A stretch of DNA of 64,000 nt from Chrysomallon squamiferum (lineage: Eukaryota; Animalia; Mollusca): assembly GCA_012295275.1 (NCBI GenBank), contig CM022670.1:39618001-39682000 (forward strand), given 5' to 3'. The notes below the pieces were generated by a model, which saw only the letters and a program-made list of their open reading frames with translations, was not told the DNA's origin and made no database searches. The stretch's first letter is position 1. Every line of letters begins with the position of its first letter. Positions 28,097-40,618 of this stretch are shown here, in pieces. Made by a program: the position numbers and the translations under genes.

Positions 28097-30775
28097 CTAA
28101 AACAACATTAATATCAAGAACGATAATAATAATAATAATAACAGCAACAGCAACAACCCCAGCCACTACAGCATTTATTCTTAAAAGTAATTAAATGTTG
28201 TTAACATGTATGACATGCTCATTACTTCTGATAGATTCCGTCCTCATGTTCTTCTGATAGAGTATGCATTTACCAAGCATATTAATAACAGCAATAATAC
28301 CAGTATTTATTCCTGTCACCGTCTCCTAATGCATGTACTGATCGCAAACGTGTCAGCGGTCCCAGGAGAGCGGCCCAAAATAAAACGAAATCCCTTGCCG
28401 GCCGTCAATCATTGCATGCTGGGATTACTGCCTCGCTGAACAGACGACATGTTTTCGTCATTTATGATCAGTTAGCTTGACACGATAGTTCCAGGCACAC
28501 GACTGGAATTCCGCGCGTAGCGACCCTGGGTATCTGTCAGACGATTCCGTAGTGTCTGCTGAGTGAGTCTGAGTCAAGCACTCTCGAGCGCTTGAACAGA
28601 ACGAAACACCGCCAGCGCTTCAGACGTGAACGAGAATTCTACGGAGAGTTGTGTCGATTTCGTTACTCGGATATTTCCGTAAACTTCGCCGCAGTCGCGG
28701 TTTTCCACGAAGGTCCCGTGTATCAGTTGAGAGTGTTATACTTTTTTTTTTTTTCTCTCGTGTATTTTCTGTTGACAGTATGTCAGATGTCCTAAAATAC
28801 TTCTTCGTTAAGAATTTACAACTGCTGTTGTTTGATTCTCGTGCTGTTTAAAAGGAAAGATTTATCAATGTTATGTTATCATACATTACCTGTAAAAATC
28901 GTTTTTGTTTGTTTTTAAAAAAAAAAATTCAAGTGACTATTTTGTTTCTTTTTTGTTTGCTTACTTGTCTTGTTCATTAATAGGTGAATAATAATAATAA
29001 TAATAATAAGAAGAAGAAGAAGAAGAAGAAGAAGAGGAAATATCCAGTTTGCATGCTTTCTGCGTTTCTTCCTGTATTTTTCACCTTCAGCATTTGAATT
29101 TTTGTATTTGTCAGTTATTTCTCCCTTTGACTTTCTCACTGTTATGATGATGTTGTTGCTATCATTAATGTATTGGTTTGTCGGACTTCATATCTATACG
29201 TATTAATTAAACGTATCTGAATTCTTTTCTCTTTTTATTTATATACACGTAAACATGTATACAGTGACTATAACGCGTGTATTAATTACGTCTAGTGAAC
29301 AAATATAAAACAAAAAATCGTTAAATCTAAATATTGCCTCCAGTGACTGGAACCGCATGGTTTAGCGATTAACATCATGTTGACATTTTAGTGCATTAAT
29401 TTACACTGGTGTCCGGCGTTTCAGGCTGCTTTACAGCGTAACGGTTTCGGGTAACCAGTCGTGTGATCTCTGCCTGTTACTAGTATTGATTATTACAAAT
29501 GGCGACCTTTTTAATTAATTTTCTAACGAAGTGTGATTTTCATTTAGCAGTGCTGATTGTTATCTTTAGTAAATGTTTTATAAATTTGACCAGTAAATTT
29601 AAGATGTAGGTGACCGAGAGACAAACATATCTATTTTTTTTTTTATTATTATTTTTTTTTATTTCCTCGTTTTATTAAAATATCTGACATAAAATTTTTT
29701 TCATTTTTTTTTTTTTTTATCTCTGTTTTATTTTTAAAGCGCATTTATATGAACAACGAAAAATAGGCCACAAGTGAAATATTCAAAATAAAAGTGATTC
29801 AACATAAATTCTGCTAATGTCAAAAATAAATAAAATAAAATAATAATAATAAAATAATTTCCTTGATGATGACAGAAAATATTGTACAGAAAAATTTCAT
29901 TAATTATTATCAGGCATCATATCTATTGAAAGTTTGTTTATTAACAATAACAACATACAAAAGTAAATAAACAAATAAATAATAAAAACATAGAGGCTTT
30001 TTTTTTTTTTTTTTAAAAAGAAGAAGAAGAAAGAAGAAAAGAACAGTTGTCAAATTTTCATTCACTTCATCTTCATCCCTGATGCAACAACGGTCGAAAA
30101 AAAAAAAAAAAAAAAACCCCAAAAAACAAAACATACAACAAGGAAAAAAAAAAAAAAAAAAAAATCATGTGAATGAAAATTAACAGTTAATGGCTTCATT
30201 GTCAGAACATAGCCTAAGTCCATATAAAAAAAAAAAAAATAAACAGATTGCTCTTATTTCATCAGCTCACACTAAATAAATACATCCGCAATTTTCGTAC
30301 AGAATTACTAATGGGTTTTCCATGCTGATGTTAACACACACGATAACATGAAAATGTTCTTTGGATGTTTTCATAATGAGTAATAATTGTTTTTCTAAAG
30401 TAAATTAACAGAGTACTGATTGCTGAACTTTCTTTCAATATTTGTTGTATGATTATAAATTAAAGGTGCATTGAATACAAAAAGAGTAACACTGCTTACA
30501 ATTGTAAATTAAATATATTGAGAAAAAAATGTGTATGTGTAATAATAATAATATTGTGTGTTTGCAGGTATATATGTGTATGTTTGTTTCTGAGTATTGA
30601 TTTATGTATAAATCTGTGAATGTAGGTACGAATATGTTTGTACTGATAAATGCATTGATATATAGGTATATTGATACATACATGTGTATGGATGTGTGTA
30701 TGGGTGTGTGTGTATTTGTATGCCTAATATCAGATATCCACACACACAATGAAACATGCTTATACATTCTAGGTT

Positions 30776-30826
<51 letters not shown>

Positions 30827-32021
30827 ATATATGCGCGTATGTTTGGTGTGTTTAGATATAGATGCAGATGTTCATGCTAATTTACTAACCAATAATAAAA
30901 TAGATAATCTCTAGCTGAAAAGAAAACAATGCTACGACTGTCATCCTGATACTCAGTTTGACTGATTACCGGGACGACATTAATTCACAAGAGATGCCGT
31001 GTATCGCTGTTGGTAATCGGAAGTAAAACCAAGTGACGAAAAGACGTTATCGCTGATTGGTCAGTGGTCCCTAGTGACCTTTAACCCATATCTGAACCAT
31101 GAGTGACCTCGCCTTCACTTAATTAAACCGCAGTTTTGGGATTACAGCATCGTTGTCCGGATTAAAGCTTATCAAAATGATGTTGTCTTGCTTCAGGTGA
31201 CAAGATCGATCTTTTGACAAGAATACATGCCATGTTAGAGTCACAGTGATATAATAAATATGTAAATACGTTAACGTCTATTTTTTGTGAATCCCTACAT
31301 TTAAATAGTCAAAACTGAGTGATATATGTAATAAATGAAACGTAATATAACTGAAGTGGATATTTCTACGATCTCATAACGATAACCGGAAAGTGGAAAC
31401 GATTACATCGAATGTACGTTGTAATAAATTTCAGTTACACACATACACAAACATGAACGGAGAAACATACTGAGAGACACACACAAAAAGACAGACAACA
31501 ATGGAAAAAAAAAAAAAAGACGTTTCAACCGCCGAATCTTATACTTTCAGACCACGATTTTCTCACACTTTGTAACAGAGGAAACTCGATGGTTTAAAAT
31601 CAATAGAATTATGCCTGGGAAGGCTTTGCTTGTTCGATAAATGGTATCGAGTATCTGTTCTATTATCCAAAAAACAACACTACAGAGAATGTAGCTTGAT
31701 TACCAGAGTGTGTCGTGCAAATAACAATGAGGTATCATTGAAAGGTTCTATTCTCCCGACTCTGTCATTTGTAGCAATACGTGATGCCAACAGATTACAG
31801 TGACTTTGATTACGTCATTGGGAAAAATCTTTGAGATTATTTGATAATCGTCGAGTGCTAATTCTGTTGAAAACTTCACGTATCTTTACACTGGATACAG
31901 AAACTGTCTCTGTTTGATCTCAGAGAATTGTCTTTTATTTGTAAAAATGTAATCTACAGAAAGAAAGATAAAGATGATGAGGAGTAAAAATGAGAAAGGA
32001 GAAAGTTTTTAAGTATTATGA

Positions 32022-32108
<87 letters not shown>

Positions 32109-32109
32109 G

Positions 32110-32140
<31 letters not shown>

Positions 32141-32633
32141 CTCTCTCTGTCAATGTTGTTATTTGAACAAAACTATTTTCCAGTTCCAAAAACATCCTGT
32201 CTCTCAGACTATTTGTCTTTCCATTTGTCTTTTTCTTCCCCTCCTCTCTCTCGGAAACAGTTTGCATGTTAAACAGATTAAATATTTTAAATAACAAAAA
32301 TGAAAAGTTCAAACAAAATCACGCATAATAAAAGACTTCTCGAATGGTTTGAGGCTTCATCTGTTGCTCATTTTTGAAGAGTTGTATATAATAACTTCGC
32401 ACTTTTAGGAAATAGGCTGAAAAACATTTTCTGAAATGTCGTTTCTGAGATTTTAATGCAGTCGGTGTGTCGCCACTTTTGTTGGCATTTAGTTACAAAC
32501 TTCCTGTTCTTGTTTCCATTGTCTACTGATGATGAACTTCTGCCCACATGAAAGTGAAAAAACAAAAATCAAAACAACTACAACAACAATTATAAGAAGA
32601 AATAAATCAACAACAACAACAAAAAACAACTAT

Positions 32634-32726
<93 letters not shown>

Positions 32727-32976
32727 GTTAATGTTATTATCATCATCTTCATCATCATCGTCATCATTATATATGTAACAAATTTAATACTAATGTTAAA
32801 ACTGTTACTACCAAATATACTTTAAAATAAATAAAATCCTTTATTTTTAGAGATGTCGAATTAATAAAACACGACTATCATCATCAGTCTGGGAAATTTG
32901 TTTTTCTAAAGATATATCTTTGTCAGATTAAATTGATCTCATTAGAATAAATCAATTTGTTGAACTAGGTTCCCAC

Positions 32977-33158
32977 TGTGTACTCAATTCACTACAAACT
33001 CTGCACGTAGATTTTGTTATTCTAGGATTATTGAATTGTTTGTTTTTAAATGATGTTTGAACTACATTCTCATTGTGTACTAAATTCAGTACTAACAGTT
33101 CACGTAGATTTTATTAGGCCAGGGTTTATTGAACTGTTTCTATTTAAATGATGCTGAA
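32977..33158. repeat. Diverged tandem duplication of about 97 bp
   Basis: Two copies of TGTGTACT.AATTCA...CACGTAGATTTT.TTA...TTATTGAA.TGTTT...TTTAAATGATG. Confidence 0.75.
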
Positions 33159-33877
33159 AAGAAAAGAAGAAAAAAAAAAAACAAAAACGATTTCGATGCC
33201 TTGAAGATTCGTGAGTACAAAAGCTTGTACGAAAAATACACTTGTACTGTACTACTATGCCCATAACTGCTAATCCTGTTTGACAAGGGTTTGGGTTGAC
33301 AGCACGGATCAGTATTTTAATTATTATGTTGTTGAAGAAGCACGAAATGCACTGTGTGTTTTGTGTAAGAAAATGTTGTTGTATATTATAAAAGTGTTTG
33401 TGTGTTATAAATGTTGTGTATTATAAACGTGTTTGTGTGTGTGTGTGTGTGTGTGTGAGCGCGAGTGTGTGTTGCTGTGTTATATGAGTTGTTGTCTGAG
33501 TCACAAAATGCTCGCGTGCTGTGAGACAGCTGGAGAGACGAGTGAGAGACAGGAAAGAAAGGAATGACAAAGACAGTAAACAGATAGACAGAAGAAAGAT
33601 GAGAGTGTGTGAGAGATAATGAAACAGAAAGATAGAAAGAGGGTTACAAACATGAGAAAATGATCGGCAGGTTGAATATTTCAGTCAGTTTTATTTGTAT
33701 GTTCATAAATAATAATTTCAAATATTACAAATAAAAAGTGATATTATACACGGATATTTAAGTTACTTTTGGTTTGTATATACGTAAATAATCAATTATA
33801 CCATATAAATTATTTGAAATGTGTAACATAAAAAGTCATATCACATACGGATATTTCAGTTAGTTTTGTATGTGTAT

Positions 33878-33944
<67 letters not shown>

Positions 33945-34016
33945 TACACACACACACACAATCATATAAATACAACAAATAAAAAGTACGGATATTTCAG
34001 TGATGTCAGTGTCTGA

Positions 34017-35306
34017 CCATCAGACACTGGCTAATACATCAGCGCTGACCATCAGACACTGACCATCAGACACTGGCCATCAGACACTGACCACCAGACA
34101 CTGGCTAATACATCAGACACTGACCATCAGACACTGGCTAATACATCAGACACTGGCTAATACGTCAGCGCTGACCATCAGACACTGGCTAATACATCAG
34201 CGCTGACCATCAGACACTGGCTAATACATCAGCGCTGACCATCAGACACTGGCTAATACATCAGCGCTGACCATCAGACACTGGCTAATACATCAGCGCT
34301 GACCATCAGACACTGGCTAATACATCAGACACTGACCATCAGACACTGGCTAATACATCAGCGCTGACCATCAGACACTGGCTAATACATCAGCGCTGAC
34401 CATCAGACACTGGCTAATACATCAGCGCTGACCATCAGACACTGACCATCAGACACTGGCCATCAGACACTGACCACCAGACACTGGCTAATACATCAGC
34501 GCTGACCATCAGACACTGACCATCAGACACTGGCTAATACGTCAGCGCTGACCATCAGGCACTGGCTAATACATCAGGCACTGGCTAATACATCAGCGCT
34601 GACATCAGACACTGGCTAATACATCAGCGCTGACCATCAGACACTGGCTAATACATCAGCGCTGACCATCAGACACTGGCTACATCAGCGCTGACCACCA
34701 TCAGACACATCAGCGCTGATACATCAGACACTGACCATCAGACACTGGCTAATACGTCAGCCCTGACCATCAGACACTGGCTAATACATCAGACACTGGC
34801 TAATACATCAGCGCTGACCATCAGACACTGGCTAATACATCAGCGCTGACCATCAGACACTGGCTAATACATCAGCGCTGACCATCAGACACTGACCATC
34901 AGACACTGGCTAATACATCAGACACTGACCATCAGACACTGGCTAATACGTCAGCCCTGACCATCAGACACTGGCTAATACATCAACGCTGACCATCAGA
35001 CACTGGCTAATACATCAGCGCTGACCATCAGACACTGGCTAATACATCAGCGCTGACCATCAGACACTGGCTAATACATCAGCGCTGACCATCAGACACT
35101 GACCATCAGACACTGGCTAATACATCAGACACTGACCATCAGACACTGGCTAATACGTCAGCGCTGACCATCAGACACTGGCTAATACATCAGCGCTGAC
35201 CATCAGACACTGACCATCAGACACTGGCTAATACATCAGACACTGGCTAATACATCAGACACTGACCATCAGACACTGGCTAATACATCAGACACTGGCT
35301 AATACA
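34017..35306. repeat. About 1.3-kb modular minisatellite (core 32-mer ACCATCAGACACTGGCTAATACATCAGCGCTG)
   Basis: Highly homogeneous tandem array of sub-modules ACCATCAGACACTG, GCTAATACATCAGCGCTG and GCTAATACATCAGACACTG in variable order. No unique spacers. Confidence 0.95.
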
Positions 35307-36290
35307 AACTCGTTTACTGTGACCGCACAGCAGAGATGCCCAGTTCCCACGTGCCGCGTGTTTTTCTGTGACGCTATGCGCCTCAATGTCTTCTCGCTAG
35401 TAATTCATCTGATACCAGCTCGTGTTTCATTTACTGCAACAAACATTCTTACATTTCCTCTCTTTGATAACGTGGCTTCGTCACTGTAAACACAAATCCC
35501 ATTTAGACTCTTCTTTGTTTTCTTACTTCGGTTTCTTGTTGTCGTTTCTCGTTATTGATGTTGTATTCTTTGTGTTCACGATTAGCTTTGTTTTTTTTGT
35601 TGGCTTTCTGTTTTAATTCCGTTTATGTGAGAAGATTGGTTACTGGTTTTTAAGATGTGATTAAATTATTCTTTTGAGAACTAGTTTCGTTCTTCCTGTT
35701 TTTTTTTCTTCTTCTTTTTTTTTAATTTCTTTTTTTTTTTTAATTTGGAAACTGAAACAAGAAAATAAAACAAAAAACTGTTTTACATTAAAACAATTTT
35801 TTTTTTTTTTCTGGAATAAAAACTTTTCAGTAATAAAAATATTTGTATTACTCTAACACGAGTATTACCATGATGTTTTTTAAAAATAAAACTTGATTAC
35901 TAACTAATTTATTTACTTATTTATTTATTTATTTATTTATTTATTTGACGATTTGTTTATTTATTTACAGTATTTGACATGAAATATTTTATTTTGCTTT
36001 GTATTTTGTTTACATATATATATATATATAAAATATAAATATAATTATTTTTTTTTTGACGGCTTCTTAAAAATCTATGCGTTATATATTTATTTTCTTT
36101 ATTATTTTTAAACTTGAATATAACAGAATCCGTACTGTTACAATGGATAAGGGTTGCTTATATGGGTTTTTTCTTTCATATCAGCATTACACAGAAACTG
36201 TTGATCTGATATATAATAACTGTTCTTTGTCTATATCTATTACACATACAAATATATACAAATAAACAACAACATAATAAATAAATAAAT

Positions 36291-36438
36291 TAGTGGTATT
36301 GGTAGTAGTAGTAGTAGTAGTTGAAGTGGTAGTAGTAGTAGTAGTGGTGGTGGTAGTTGTAGTGGTAATAGTAGTAGTAGTAGTAGTAGAAGTGGTAGTA
36401 GTAGTAGTAGTAGTGGTGGTGGAAGTAGTAGTAGTAGT
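36291..36438. repeat. (GTA/GTG)n microsatellite
   Basis: Trinucleotide array. A complementary (ACT)n array lies at about 16677-16774. Confidence 0.95.
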
Positions 36439-39255
36439 CACAGTCAACACAAGTATCAATACCACATACCTACTACGCTTTTATATAATGATAATAATAG
36501 TCCAGTTATCAGCAAGAAATCTTTTTTTTTAATTATTCTTTTTTTTTACTTTCTTACAGACGAAAAAGTACATACCACAAACTAAAAAAAAAAAAAAAAT
36601 TAAAAAAAAAAAAAATTTTGGAGCAGTAGTTGGAACGAGAAAAAAACATCAACAATCGTACCAGGAAGCCTTTATCAAATAACAACCAACACTCCTGGTA
36701 TTTTTTTTTTTTTCTCAATTTCTTTTTTTTTAACCAATGAGAACCAGCCCAGCAGCCCGCCCCTCAATCAAAACTCGATTACTCCCACTTAAAAATTTGG
36801 CAGTCGCTGTTCTGTGTTAATATCGCGAACCACTGTTATTCTCATCGTAGTCAACACCTCCCGGTGAAATAAGCGAAGCTTACGTAACAGGTCCAATACG
36901 AGGTTATAGTTCACGCCACTGTAATTGCGATATGTAATCCACGAGGCACGCGCCTCTCCAGTTATCAGAAGCAGACGAGAGTCGACGGTTCAGGCATTAT
37001 GGCGGAGGTTATTCCTCCCCCCCCCCGCTCAAGAGGTCACTGGGTTTGTTGAGTGTACTCATTTCGCACCGAAGGAACCGTTACGATTAGGTGGGACTGT
37101 ACTTGTTAATAGACAATTTAAAATTTATGTTTCAGTTCTTTTTTAAGTTATGAAATGTGTTATGGTGTTTGATGAGAAAGGCCACACACATGCAGAAAAT
37201 TACACATATAAAAAATATAAATACATGCACTTACAAAACACACATTTGTACGCTCAAACATACTACATTCTCTTTTCCATTGTGTATTCCAGTGTTTAAT
37301 CATACATGTACACACCCAGTTCTTTAAAGAGAGAAACAGTTTCTTATGTATGTATATATTATGATAAATTACATGGATATACGCACTTATCTGAATATTA
37401 TTTTGCACGGACTCACTCACACACACACACACACATTCACACACACATATATGTAATTCGTGATGTTTTAAAAAGTGATTTTATATACATAGATACATAC
37501 ACATATATATATATGTTTATATCTTTTTGTCTGCCTGCCTGTCTCTCTATCACTAAAAAATAAATAAATCACTTTTAAAAATCATTACCAACTCTGAAAA
37601 ACAATAACTCACATAGTTTACCGAAAATGACCGACAAGATTTTAAACAAACAACTTAACTGATTTTTTTTTTTTTTTTTTTTTGCTGTTTACCATTATTT
37701 ACAATATACATATTTTTTTTTTTTTTTTTTTCCGTAAACAACATTAATATCGTTTATAAGTAACTTCGTGACAATGGGAACAAGGTGCGGTGCAAATCGA
37801 TAAAAACTTCTTGTTATTATGACACTCGGCAGAACATCAACATGACAGATAACCTTTCAAAAGTATGACGTACGTCTTTCGAGAAGCAAACACATTTTAA
37901 AAACAGAAAAATATAAGTAACGAACATAAGTAACATAGTCGTCACTGAGGCATGTAAACAGTTGATAGATATCTGCAGTGAATTAAGATTACGATGTATT
38001 AAAAAAACATTCAGCGGTTTTATCTGCGATCGTGAACTTATTATCAGCTGCGAGAATTGACCGTATGTAGGCGATATGAGCATTCAGTGCTTTGTGCAGA
38101 TGTTAAATACTTAACATATTTACGTACATATGTACATAAACATACATACATAAACACACACACACTTATACACACAGACGTACATATTTACATACATACA
38201 TACATGCATAGATACATACAAGCAGGCATGTATGCACAGTCACATATAACTTACATACATACATACGTATATACATATACACATAAACACGCACAAACAC
38301 ATACATATACATATATATATATATACACACACCACATATACAGTATATATAGACATATAGAGACAGACGCAGACATATATACACAGACATTTACAAAAAT
38401 ATACAATTACATATTTTAAAAATATCAACAGAAAAGTAATAACATTAACTGTGACGACAATATGTGACTGTATTTGTACAAATGTTTCTATTTGCGTACA
38501 TGTTTGTTTATTATGGCTCGGCGTTTGTTTGTATATATTTTATTAACGTCTGTTCCGTTAGTGTATATATAAACGCATGTTGTGATTGTGTATCTCCGCA
38601 TATGGTTCTAGTTTTTTCCCCTTTATTTACATTTTTTTTTTTTCCTACTTCTTCTTCCCATACAGCGTGTAATAACAATATTTCAAAGGAATCATCTTCA
38701 TCGACAGACCTGCGTTTTACTTCAAGCGTTTTTTTTTTTTTTTTTTTTCCGCTGTTCTGCTGTTTCTACTTCGCGGGCCGTAATGTCGTCTGACAGACGT
38801 AATCGTTCACGTCTGCTCGCTCGAGGCGCGAATTCTCCCAGAGATTCTTTCCATTCTCCAAGCTCTCGATGTCTTCTTCATTCTCATAACGTCCCGCGTA
38901 CAAGACCGTTGTAACGAGCCGAGGATTCCAGTTTTTCTGACTGAGATCTGGGAACCGTCAAAGATGGAGAACATGGGTTGAGATACCCCAGAGACTTCAG
39001 AAAGAATAGTTAAAAGAGAGAGAGATGTTTTTTTGTCCCGCGTGTGGCCAGGTAGAAAAATACACCTGAGAAAACATTAGAGTTTTTTTGTTGTTTTTTT
39101 GGAAGTTCAGATAATCTCAGTATTGTTACCAGTCAGACAGGAGGAGAAAGACTGCGTGCAGGCTGAGAGAATAAAAAAATGAAAACGTTATGCGAAAACA
39201 TTGTGTTAGTTGGCAGTAGATGCAAGAGATATAAAACTGATGGGGTTTTTGTTGT

Positions 39256-39286
<31 letters not shown>

Positions 39287-39444
39287 CTGATCTGATTTAA
39301 ACAAAAGGAAATTTGTTTAATTTGGGTAAAAAAAATAAAGAATAATAAATAAATAAAAGCAGAAAAAGAAGAAAAGAAGTTATTGTTTTTGAAACTATAA
39401 TTTTTATTTTATTATAAACAAAATTGGCTTTCACAATACTAACA

Positions 39445-39519
<75 letters not shown>

Positions 39520-39614
39520 AAAATGCAACATTTTGAAACGGGAACGGAAACACGGCTTACAATTAATATTAGTCGATGCACGTGCCATATCAAAAAGTTC
39601 CAGTTTTCAGACAA

Positions 39615-39651
<37 letters not shown>

Positions 39652-40552
39652 GATGCAGTTTTTATTTTTACGCCTACCTTTACTGATTAATATTAGTATT
39701 TAATAAGAAACAAATGCTCATTCTTTATTCTAAAGATAAGAAATTAAAAAAAATGTATTACTAATATCCAATATTTCAGTAGCCGTTCTAAATTAGGGAA
39801 GGAATTAAATATAACTCAGCGTTTTTCGCGAAACGTGTAATTATTTAACGGGCTTTTTTTTTATCAGATCATAATTACATAACGCGGATGAAAACGCTGG
39901 AACTGAAGCGCTTTATGACGAGATGGAAACGAAAGGCTGTTTGGTTTCGCCACCTGAGTATTCTTAATGAATTCGAGCATAAATAAACGCGTATTAATCA
40001 CAGTTTGCGGGAAATCACAGGAAACTGCGGTTAACAGTGTTGCTGTACGTGTTATCCCAGGTTTCCTAGTCAAAGCAGATGTTACGTTTGAATCGACAGT
40101 AAAGAAAGAAAGAAAGAATTAAAAAGAAAAAAAACACACAGTAAGGAATCTGTACGAGTGTTTTGTATACACACACACTCGTCAAAACAGTTTAAAACGC
40201 GTTGCCAGCCTGACAGAAATGGCTGCTTGTTGCTTCAATAAATATAACTGTTTTTAAACGCCAGCGTTCATCGGTGTTGCAGATTGTTGCGTTCGCAAAG
40301 AAGCAACAAACATTTTAAGAGCTTCTTTACCTGTCACGCTGTCTGTTTGTACGGCGGTCTGCTGTTTTTTAGCACCTGCATGACCACGTGACTGTTTTTT
40401 TTTTTTTTTGTTCTTCCTTCTTCTAATAAACTCCTTCATTTCAATCTTCTTTAAAAAAAAAAAAAAAAATTCCTCTGATGAATTAAATGAAGAAAACGAA
40501 GTCACGGAATGCAGCAACATCGCTTACTTTCCTGTGTCTGATTTCCAGAAAA

Positions 40553-40618
40553 TAAATAAATGAATAAGAATAAAAATAAATGAATAAGAATAAAAATAAA
40601 TGAATAAGAATAAAAATA
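40553..40618. repeat. 20-bp AT-rich tandem repeat x3
   Basis: AAATAAATGAATAAGAATAA repeated. Confidence 0.85.

Noticed and set aside
34017-35306. CRISPR-like array
   Set aside because: No unique spacers, no cas genes, eukaryotic context. It is a minisatellite.
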